From assembly GCA_043228905.1 (NCBI GenBank), contig JBHGNT010000005.1:14322001-14386000 (forward strand): a stretch of DNA of 64,000 bases. The letters run 5' to 3'. Position numbers and translations under genes: made by a program. The notes under the pieces were generated by a model. The model saw nothing but the letters and a program-made list of their open reading frames with translations. It was not told where the DNA came from and ran no database searches. The stretch comes from Azolla caroliniana. Lineage: Eukaryota > Plantae > Polypodiophyta. Of the stretch, positions 14,001 to 24,628 are shown in pieces. The stretch's first letter is position 1. Each line of letters begins with the position of its first letter.

Positions 14001-15065
14001 TACGCACTTACGACTGTGCCTGGAACGTTGCCTCACCGCACGCTTAAGCCTGAATCCTAGGCCACATAGTCAGCAAAGAGGGAATAGTGGTCAACCCAAA
14101 CAAAATCTCCGCGATTACGCAAGCAAAAACTCCGACAAACGCCAAATCGCTTAGCCGGTTTTTAGGACAAATACGGTGGCATAGTCGGATGATACGGTAT
14201 TTGGCGGACTTCGCCACCCCGCTACACGCTGTCGTACATAAGACTCCTTTCCAATGGACTGCAACGGAGGATAAGGCCTATGAGGCACTTAAGATAATGC
14301 TCACACAGGCTCCCGTTGTACAACCACCAGTTTGGGCGAAGCCATTCCACGTGTTCGTCGACGCCTCGGATATAGCAATAGGAAGCGCACTAATGCAGCT
14401 CACCGAACCAAACTGGTACATGCCAGTATACTACGCGAGTCGTAAATGGTCAGCAACAGAGCGTAACTATTCCAGAACTGAGCGGGAGGCACTAGGGATG
14501 ATATATAGCATCAATAAATTCTGACACTATTTATTAGGAAGGAAATTCACGTTCCACATGGATCATTCGGCATTATTGTATTTGGTGGAGAAACAAGCCC
14601 TGACAGGGAAATTGGCGCGGTGGATGCTGTTGCTCCAGGAATTCGATTTCGTAATTCAGCACCGACCAGGGACGCAACACGCAGTGGCGGATTTTTTGAG
14701 CAGACTCGAGAATGGAGAAATAGTACAGAAAGATGATGACGATTTTCCGGACGCCGACATCTTGCGAGTAGTGACACTTGCAGAAAAAACGGAATCCACC
14801 TTTTCGGACCGATGGCTTATGGAAATGACGTACTTTTTAACTACAGGACTGCCTCCACCACAATTACGCACGGACGAGAAGAAACGACTAGCTGTCCGAA
14901 GACGTCACTTCTGCCTCGTCGAAGGCATTTTATATCACAAAGGAAGTGATGGCATTTGGCGACGTGGGGTTCGTCAGGATGAGAAGGAAGCAGTTTTACG
15001 GGAGGCACACTGTGGCACGGTAGGCGGCCATTACGCGGGCGACGTGACAACCCGGAAAGTATGGC
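11065..15065 (+). mobile_element. Athila/Tat-like Ty3/gypsy, internally deleted (partial LTR, gag with zinc knuckles, PR, RT, RH, start of INT)
   Basis: LTR start TGTTGTCCGCC is similar to the reverse complement of 28288. Motifs VIDGGSGVN, WLSPIVVVPKKNGKIRVCVDYRKLN, QVFLDDF, FVDASDIAIG and HCGTVGGH. Same family as 24629-28288 and 56593-64000. Confidence 0.9.
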
Positions 15066-16353
15066 AGGCACGGATTCGACAGCTCGAGCGAAGACCAGAG
15101 GACGTGGAGCGAGCGAAGGCGAAGTTGCACGTGGCAAGGACGAAGAACAAGAGCCGGTTCGACCGAACGCACCGCATCGACTACAACCAAAGGAGATCGA
15201 AGAAGGCGACTAGGTGCTGGTGTACGACAGCAGCCTCGACAACCAGCACAAGGCGGTGCGGAAGTTCGCGAGGAGGTAGTTCGGGCCCTACGTTGTAACG
15301 AGCACAAACGACAATGGCACTTACCATCTCGCAAAGCTCGACGGGACACGGATAGCGGTGCCGGTAGCCAGGAAGAGGATCAAGGCCTTCAAGAAGCGAA
15401 ACGAAGGCGAACCAAACCCGGCAAGCGCAAGCCACGACAACGATTGGGCCGAAGCAGACAACGATTCGGAGAGTGAAGGGAGAGCGCGGGCCGGTCTTCT
15501 CCGGCAAAGGATCTAATCTTGCGCATACCAGTGGATGCACGGTTTGGTGGGGGTGGATGTCGTGGAGAAAACCGGCCTAGGGTGGAATCGGTGAAAAAGG
15601 TGCATGAACCAGCCCTTACGCGCGAGCACAAGTATTGATAAGTTATACATAATTAGGGATAGGTCGGCTTATGTAAATATACTAGGTAGTACACATTTAT
15701 TAGCTAGGAAATCGATGTGTATCTCTGTCTGAAGGGACAGAGAATAAAGATGATGTATTCAGGATGTGACGGTCCTCCCCGGCGGCCTATAAAAGAAAGG
15801 GGAAAATGGCTGAAAGAGGTATCCCGTTTTGGGGAGGACGAAGTGTTGTCAGACTGGGAACCAAGCACTCTTCTCATTTTCCTTCATTGAGCTCTGTAAG
15901 TTTTGGTCGGTTGCCTCTACTCGAGGGAGAAGCCCGTGCGCTTCGACAAAGGCTCCACTACGTGCTGTGTAGGTGTGGGTGTTTGCGCGTGGTCGCTCAC
16001 CGACTTGCCGATTGTAATCTCGAAGAGCATTGTATTCACCTAGTTGTCTTAATCGATTCCTTGTTTGTGAGTCCTCTGCGTATTTGTGTGTGTGTCTCAG
16101 CCCCATTGTTGGCACGAAATCAGACGAGAGTGTGTCACTGTTCATTCTTCGTACATTGCCACGGTAGTCGTTGAGCCGGCAGGCACGAGTCGAGGATCGT
16201 TCACCCGGTGAGCACTGCGCACCTACTTGCCGGTAGCCGGTACTCGCCGGCCCATTGTTTCGCCTTGCTCCTCCCTCTATTTCGGGTAATCCTAAGTCTA
16301 GGGCCCCTGCAGTCCCGCCTTAGTTTCCTACACGAGAGCATAACAACACAACA
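15066..16353 (+). mobile_element. 3' end of a Ylt1-like Ty3 element: integrase C-terminus, PPT, 3' LTR 15558-16353
   Basis: ARIRQLERRPED..NKSRFD..GPYVV is homologous to ORF 51816-52874. PPT GGTTTGGTGGGGGTGGA at 15541-15557. The LTR starts TGTCGTG and ends AACAACACAACA. Confidence 0.85.
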
Positions 16354-16508
16354 CAGTGACAATCTTGTTCTCTTGCTTATGCTCTCACTCTGTCTTAGTA
16401 CTTAGCCTCATCCACCTGTTTGCGACAGCCAAAGCTAGATTGGTATCCGAAACGGAGAACCAGATTGGTATCCAAAACCAAGAGCCGAATCAGAGAGACA
16501 GATCGAAT

Positions 16509-17290
16509 TGGAACTGGTAGGTCGTTAGAGGCCTACGAATCTAGCCTAGTACGTAGGAATATTTTTGGGAGTCAATGTTAGTCACTCATATGAGCATTGA
16601 AGTAGATGCTAGTACTTCTGTCAGTTCATGTAAGGACTTATATAAAAGAGCTCAAAGTGTTGTTATTTTGAATTGAGTTTATGTTGTTCTACTCTCTCTG
16701 GCTCTCTTATGTAAGGTTTCCATTAAACCTGTGTCTATATATTCTTTAGCTATCCGGACGAACCGGTTTTGTCTTAGCTTCCAGAATCGTATTCTTTTAC
16801 ATGGTATCAGAGCACGAGGGTTGAGAACCTCTGCATCCGACAAGAGATTTCCGAAAGCAAACCCTAACACCCGATAGAGAACAAAAAACAAGGATACAAT
16901 GGAACTGGTAGGTCGTTAGAGGCCTACGAATCTAGCCTAGTACGTAGGAATATTTTTGGGAGTCAGTGTTAGTCACTCATATGAGCATTGAAGTAGATGC
17001 TAGTACTTCTGTCAGTTCATGTAAGGACTTATATAAAAGAGCTCAAAGTGTTGTTATTTTGAATTGAGTTTATGTTGTTCTACTCTCTCTGGCTCTCTTA
17101 TGTAAGGTTTCCATTAAACCTGTGTCTATATATTCTTTAGCTATCCGGACGAACCGGTTTTGTCTTAGCTTCCACAATCGTATTCTTTTACATGGTATCA
17201 GAGCACGAGGGTTGAGAACCTCTGCATCCGACAAGAGATTTTCGAAAGCAAACCCTAACACCCGATAGAGAACAAAAAACAAGGATACAA
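16509..17290 (+). repeat. 391-bp tandem duplication of a copia LTR end + PBS + leader
   Basis: Near-identical units start TGGAACTGGTAGG at 16509 and 16900. Each contains TGGTATCAGAGC (16802, 17193). Confidence 0.92.
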
Positions 17291-18340
17291 TGGACAGAGG
17301 AATGGCTAGCTCACTCCCGACGGAGAAGCTTGATAGATTCAACTACGCATCTTGGTCGTACAAGATGCACCAATACCTGTTCAGGCACGGTTACTGGAGT
17401 TATGTCGACGGAGCTAATGACATGGCACTTGATGTGGCACATAGGGACAAGCGGCAAGCAGGGAAATGTACTGCTTCGCGTCCAGTGTCGGTGATCAGTT
17501 GCTCAGCCATATCCGGGACGTCAAGACGCCAAAGGAATCTTGGGGAAACTTGAAGGTCTTCGCCGCAAGCACCACGACCCGGAAGCTACAACTCTAATAC
17601 GAGTTGAGTAATGTCCGACAGGACATGTCGGTGGCCGACTACACCGCTCGGATCAAAGACATCTACGACTCACTTGCCTCTATCAACATAATCGTCGAGG
17701 AAGATGAAATGGTGCCAGGTTTGTCTCGAGGGCCTAGCGTCAAAGTTCGGAACGTTCCGGATGGCGGTTTGTACAAGGGAGAATACACCCTCGTTTTTCG
17801 ACTTATAGTCGATTCTCCTTGTAGAGGAGAACCACGCAGGTGCGTCAACGAGCATGCACACCGATAGCAAGATGATGTACACGGAGGCGGATCGGCCCCG
17901 TGGTCGTGGTGGATGAGGCGGCTCGGCATGCAGTGGAAGCGACCGACAAGAGCTGAACTGAAGGCACAAGGATGGTGCCGACAATATTTCCAGATCCTCC
18001 ACAAGTAGGGGGAGTCAAGGCAGTGTCGGGAGCCGGCAGGAGAAGGCCGCAACGGAATGTTGGTATTGTGGTTGGAAGGGCCACAAAGAGAGTGAGTGTT
18101 GGAAGAAGCGCACCGATTCGGATAAATCCGGATCTGGCAAGACCGGACAAGGGAACCGGCAAAGCTCACACTACGTGGAAGGACCGGAAGGATTCGGTTC
18201 CGGAAATGGGCGGGCCTAACCTTTGTGATGAAACACAAGGCTAACTCAATGAAGACAAACACCTTAAAACCAAATTAGGTATGGTACGTCGATTCCGGAG
18301 CGTCAAACCATATGACAAGCCACACAGAGTGGTTTGCTTA
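17289..18340 (+). mobile_element. Degenerate Ty1/copia gag-protease
   Basis: TEKLDRFNYASWSYKMHQYL; MSVADYTARIKD; CWYCGWKGH knuckle at ~18058; WYVDSGASNHMT at ~18282. Confidence 0.85.
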
Positions 18341-19988
18341 TCTACAATATATCAATGCACATAGAAAATTGGATGATGCAAAAATCATTACTACCATTTA
18401 TGGACATTCAAGAAATTAATTATAAAATTATTCTTTGTATTTGCAAAACTATGTACAAATGTTGCTCCACATTACTCTAATTAGAAGTAGACAAGTCGTA
18501 CTTGGCAAAAAAATAGCCTAAACTGTCAAATCAACACAAATTGGGAAAGTGGCCATGTCTTAATTAGTCATATTAGAGACCAAACATACATCAACGAAGA
18601 GTACAGCCACTGGTTGTAAGAATGAAAACCTTGATGTACTAATCATAGTTAGATTGAAACGTAGGCTTGCATTATTTGTAGCACCACTAAGTGATTTCTT
18701 CATGTCGGCAAATTAAACCAAGAGAAACCATCACCATTCCTGATTTTGTTCTTGTCATGCCCAAGGACAAGGCGTTACAACCCATCATCTACTATGCACA
18801 ATGAATGAAGAGAATAGGGCTTCCATGGAAGCAAAAATGCAATTGTTGTGTGGTAGGGGTGCTTCTTGTCCGAGTGAGAGTAAAGCAACTTATCAAAACC
18901 TCAAAAACTAATGGAGAGCTCTAACTTCGTAAGTGATCCCCATGAGAGACTTCAAATGCCTCCAATTACATGGTAAAAATAATCAGTATAGTTAACAGAA
19001 ATTGGTGATCTAACATATTCACCAAGGCCTGAGTTGTGATAATTACTGAAAATTTATGAGTGGTGGTGACACAATGATTAAGTTAATGCATACACTCATA
19101 AAAATATATCATGCCCTCAAATTTTTATAATTTTCATGTGATTAGGAGAGGCCCAAAATTTGACCAAGCATATATAGAAAGAATTTGCAAATAAGAATAA
19201 TGTCCTAATAATTTTCTTCAAAGAATACAACATAATCCCTAGTATCCTTGTCTGTCTTACACATTGTAAATTGTGTAATATATTCTATGTACTAAAAGAA
19301 CAATAGAGCTAAGTGAAATAACCTGCTGCTACCTATGGCAATCATCATCTCATGCAGAAACTCAATTTTACTGAGACTTTCTTTTTCTATTCAAGTGGCA
19401 TTCCCAAGGGTCATTCATGTTTTCCCAAATTTGATTCAACTGCTGAAACTAGCATGGATGGCAGATAGAACTCGGTGAATAAAACAAACACGGCCATAGC
19501 AAGATGGATAGAGAGATATCCGGAAGAGCGGGCATGATCTACAGGTCGAAGGGAAGCCCATGGCAAGGATTGAACTTTGAGTTCTCGAAATTTTATGAAT
19601 TCAACACTACGATTTAAACCACCAAGCCAACAGCTAGACAGAGAGAGAGAGAGAGAGGGAGAGAGAGGGAGAGATTTCTAGCGTCCATGGGAGAGGCCAA
19701 TATTGACCCATGGGACCTAAGTACAGCGGTTTTGTTGATGTGTGTCTCCTTATTGAGAACTAATATTCACAGAGAGAGAGAGAGAGAGAGAGAGATTTGC
19801 ATATGAACATGAAATGAAGAAATGATATTAACAGTTCCATTTCTGATGTTACACATGGAATATGAAGAATATACTTCTCACTAACAAAGGAGACCTTAAA
19901 ATATTTCAACAGCTCTTCTCCATTGTTAAACATGATGACCAATAGATTTACATGATCTGGACGAAGTTATGAGGAACAAAAAAAACTA

Positions 19989-22900
19989 TTAAAAAATCAG
20001 CTTTTTCAGCCTCTTCACACCATCGGCAGCAGTCTTGTTCGTGGGCTCTAACACTAAAGCATACCTGAAATCTGAATCAGCACAGTACCACCAAACTAAC
20101 TAAAAGACCACTCTGACATTGATAATTGTGTAGGCTGAAAATAAAAATGATCAGTGAGTTAAGGGAACATATTAGGAAACACAAACCTTCATCAGATTCT
20201 TTGTAACAGCCCAGAAGCTCTCGAGCTGTAGCTCTTCTCAAGAAAGCTTTCACATTCTACAAGAATGTACAAAACGAAAAAAGCCAATGCAAATGTTATT
20301 TTTCTCACCATTCTAGATGATCGTTATGAAAAAGATTTAGACACCAACCTTCTTATCAAGCTCGATGGCCATTGTGCAATCAGCTTCTGCTTGGTGAAAA
20401 CTTCACATTCAATAACAAAAATCATAATATGCACCATACAATGCAAAGCCAGACATGATTTCAATGTCAAAAGAACAGAAAATCAAACAATAACATATAT
20501 AAATGCACAGAAAATTAGGGTTCAAGGCCAGATTGTGTACCTCCGCATAGCTAAATAAGCTGCCGCTCGATTGCTGTAAACAATTGCGTTTCCTTCATCA
20601 CGACGTATTGCTTCTGAATAGTATCGGACAGCAGATCTAAAATCTTTCCTTTTGAAGGCCATATTTCCCTGTAAAGTGATTAACATGCTCATCTTGGAAA
20701 CTGACATTGGTTTGCAAGATGTACTTGATTTTTGCTAGTTGAACTTTCCTTGTTAATTATTTTTTTAAATATAACTATATGTTTTCTTCCTCCCATATCA
20801 TTCAGCTTACCTTCTCTTTTGCTACCTCAGCAGCATCAGGTCTTCTTTGTTCTGTGTTGGCAATTGTAGCGCTAATTCTTTTATACACCTTGGCCTCTGA
20901 TTGCAATACTGGAAATAGCCTTGTCATGAAATCAAGCAAAAACTGGTCGGCTCCATGCTTCGCTATCAAAGAGACCGCACTCGGTAACTCATCACACCAA
21001 TCCATAGGTATGCTCACCTAGATATAGAAAGATTTGTATGGATTTGTTGTAATAATCATAAATAGAATGTTTTTTGCTTTGGTATAACAGTGCATTCTGC
21101 TTAGCTATTGACCTCACTAACGTCACAAACATACCTGGCAACTACCTGACATGCTAGCAATACTTAAAAGAGACATAATTTGCTCCTGAAGCTCTAGTTG
21201 CATGGCATCCTTTGTCCCTAGTTTCGGTGGCTGGGCTTGTACAGTAGGTATCACTAATATACCATCATTCTGTAGGAGTATTGCCAATGTCAATTTGAAG
21301 AAAATAATTTGAGAATTTGCAAAGACCGATAATATGGACACAAAATGAACATCAAAATCAAGCAAACCCATACAATATTGTCCGTCATAAATACATACAT
21401 TCCACATTCAATATCAGTGGTCTCAAATTGAAGGCCAAACTAGCAAGAATTAAAAATGAACCTAAAGTTATCAACAATAACCTCTTGAAAAGAAAATCAT
21501 TACCAGCAAAAGCTCATTCATAGCAATGCGGGCCTCATTTCTTAATTTCATCGCTTCTGACACATGCTCCAAACTGGTTTCTAAAGCTCTCTTCACTTGT
21601 TGAGAGGTTTGAATCCCAGATGCCAGCTTGACAGTTCGTATCCACTCCTCATGATTCACCTTGAATTCATGTCTGACATATTGATCGAAAACATAGGAAT
21701 TAGTACCAGAAGAACTTGTTTCTAATCGATAAACACAGTTCAATAACATGGACAAGCTTGGAAAACAATTCGATGCAAGGACGCAGCATCCATACCCTTG
21801 AAGCAATTGAAATGCATCTTTCAAAGATCTCAGAGCAGAAATTCCTCTTTGGACTTTCCCACTCTCTCCATCAACCCGAAAACAAACGAGGGACATCTTA
21901 AGACCGGAGAGTTTGGAAGCAAAATATTCACCCAGCTTTATTCTTGTTATTTTAGAACCTGAAGTATTAAAAAAACATCGACGGCACGCTGTTAAGGAAC
22001 CAGAAACCTGGAAAAGCTGTGCAATTAACATTTGAGAACACTATCGTGTACCTTGAAAGTTCTTCTCAAAGGTACTAGTGATGACTGAAAGATGTCTACT
22101 CCTATCATAATTACTCAGTATGAGATCGAAACAATCTTCCGCAATAAGAATACGCCCCGGTCGCTCAACTACAGAAAACGGCTGCGGAAGAAGAATTTGG
22201 CCAACATCTCGCAAAACCTTTGGATCCCTTGCAAACCAACCTGCAAACATTTTACTCTTAATAACACATATTATGGTCTATGTTGTTAAAGATTAAGGGC
22301 TTATGGTGCGACATAATTTCAAATACCAGCTGTATCTAGGCTTTGTGACACAGGCAGCATGCCATCGCATGTTACAACTCCATGAGATGGTCGATATCCA
22401 AGAATTCCACAATATACTGCTGGAACTCGCACCCCTCCACCAGCATCTGTACCTGTTTAATAACATATATATATATACAGGGACATAAGCATTAACCAAA
22501 ACACGCATTGAAACCAAATCATGCAAACTATTGCGTATATCATTGGACAAGTAAATTGACTCTCCAAAATTATTTCCACCCACAAGTTTAGAGTGCATAA
22601 TATTGAAATTTTACTTGACCACTTGATTTGAGATCAATTCAAATGTTGGAAGTAGCAAAGTTCTAAATATCCGTTTTAAATGCTCTTGTTGCGCCAGCCC
22701 AACTCTCTCAACAAGAGATAAAATGCTTGGCAAGATGTAAAAGTGATCTCTTCTGATGTCTATTAGACGTTATAGACTATAGGTAAACTAAGCTATAAAA
22801 GGAAACGGTTTAGTGGTAAAGCATATGCTTTATAAGCTTAAAGGCATGGGTTAACAGTCTAAACAAATGGGTCCAATGTTAGCTTCATTGTAAAAAACCA

Positions 22901-24182
22901 TTTCTATTTCAAGGTTTGAGATCATATCACGAATTACAATTAACTAATACCTCATAAAAGAATCCCAGGGTTGCAACTTGCAAGCAAATGTAGTATCACA
23001 GATTAGTTATGAAAACCAAAGAAACATCAAGCTTATTTAATGAGTTGATGACACAAACAGGGTGCGTGCTCAGATGCCGATAAGTGTTGTGTTTATATGA
23101 ACTCACCAAGTGCGAAATCAACGAGATTTGATGCGACAGCGACTGCTGAGCCACTACAACATCCACCAGCCACATGGGAGCTTGCGACTGGATTAATAGG
23201 AGATCCAAGATTCCTATTTTGTCCATTGGTGCTGGCCAAATAGAGAAACTAAGAAGGTGTCATTTAGGGTTTCTTGTTATAACAATTTGTGAGAAACATT
23301 TCTTCTTCTTCCTTTTTTTTTTTTTGGGGGGGGGGGGGGGGGATATACAAAGTAGGTTAGAGAAAAAGAAACTAGTAGAAGAAGAAGAAATTTTCTCACC
23401 TATACCCTAATTCATCCATGTATGTTTTGCCAATGCATGTAGCTCCAGCTTCAATCAGAGAGGCCACAATGGGTGCAGTACGCAATGCGGGCTGATGGGT
23501 CTCCTCCCACATACGGCACCCAAATCCCGTAACAAGACCTTCAATATCAAATCTGCAGCATACAAAAGTATACAGAAAAACTGAACACCTTAACAAACTT
23601 AAAACCCTGTAAGAAAGAGAAAAAGGTCATGGATACACTAAACTCTGAAACACCAAAGTTGATGGAAACACTAAACGAACCCCCAAAACCATGAGCATTG
23701 AGAAAGAAAATAGAGACACTCAACCTTAAATCACAAAAACCCTAAGTTACTTGAAAAACTAATTCCTAAGCTCTGAAACCCCTACAAAATACAAATAGAC
23801 AATAGAGATACAAATCCTTCATTCTTAAAACCAATTAAAGTTTAAACCCAATAAAAGAAATACAAAGGTAATAGAAAACATTAGATCCCAAATATATTAA
23901 ACCCTAAATAAAAATCCTAGATATCGTGAATTCTATAAAAGAGAGACACGGGCAGAGAGAGAGTTACACGTCTGCGATGGCAAAGGTAAGCTTGGCGAGG
24001 GGACGCAAAGGAATTGACGGACCCTCTTGGGCATGGAGCTGTAGCTGTGAAATGAAGGCCCTGAAACGATCCTCCTTCTTAGAAGAAGAAGAAGAAGAAA
24101 AGTTCTTTCGGCGAAAGACCAGAATTACACCTGTAATTCCCATCCCTATTAACACCCACAGAGTACTGCTGTTGCTGGCCAT
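19989..24182 (-). CDS. TOC64: TOC64/OM64 family outer-membrane protein (TM anchor + amidase-like domain + 3 TPR), 13 exons: 24182-23968, 23552-23400, 23231-23107, 22452-22327, 22240-22052, 21958-21796, 21672-21504, 21269-21135, 21017-20811, 20668-20541, 20400-20349, 20256-20187, 20071-19989
   Basis: N-terminal LWVLIGMGITGVILV anchor. Amidase-signature segments FAIADVFDIEG, GKTYMDELGY, GGCCSGSAVAVA and GTDAGGGVRVPA. TPR segments KEKGNMAF..YSNRAAAYL..AEADCT..KAFLRRATARE..ALVLEPTNK. All introns read GT-AG with matching phases; stop TAA at 19989-19991. The exon-6 acceptor has an alternative near 22007. Chloroplast versus mitochondrial paralog is not resolved. Confidence 0.9.
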
Positions 24183-24202
24183 GGCTCCAACACACGCACT
24201 GT

Positions 24203-24300
24203 CTCTCTATATGTATGTATGTATATGTATATGTATCTATCTATCTACATATGTATGTATATACATATCTATTTGTCTCTGTGTGTGTGTGTGTGTGTGT
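24203..24300. repeat. Compound microsatellite (TA/TATG/TG) upstream of the TOC64 start codon
   Basis: Visible ATGT/ATAT and (TG)n runs. Confidence 0.8.
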
Positions 24301-24375
24301 AATGTGAAGATAATATTGAGATGAAGTGGAAATGGCTCTTCGCTGCCACCTACAAACAGCCTTCCAGCAAGTAGT

Positions 24376-24580
24376 AGTCTTAGCAATTGGCAACACATCG
24401 GTTTGAACTGAACCGAACTGTGAAACTACGGCTTAATGGTTTAAGCAGTTTGGTTCGATTCGGTTCATGTTCAAGTTTTTGTCTTAGCAATTGGCAACAC
24501 CTCGGTTTGAACCGAACCGAACCGCATCATGACCGCTTAATGGTTTCCGTTTTAAACGATTTGAAACCGTGGTTTAAATA
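24376..24580. repeat. Duplicated (~105 bp) DNA-transposon-end-like fragment rich in AACCG/CGGTT
   Basis: TCTTAGCAATTGGCAACAC..CGGTTTGAAC occurs at ~24378 and ~24483. AACCG arrays resemble hAT/MITE subterminal repeats. Confidence 0.5.
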
Positions 24581-24628
24581 GTTGGGTGGTTTAGGGTTGA
24601 CACCAAATTATTTTCTTAAATACTTTCT

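Noticed and set aside
18340-19980. Additional gene between the copia fragment and the TOC64 3' end
   Set aside because: AT-rich with no credible ORF or exon chain. Treated as intergenic/3' UTR.
23312-23342. Poly-T/poly-G run as a regulatory G-quadruplex
   Set aside because: Simple intronic homopolymer with no further support; its length is unreliable.
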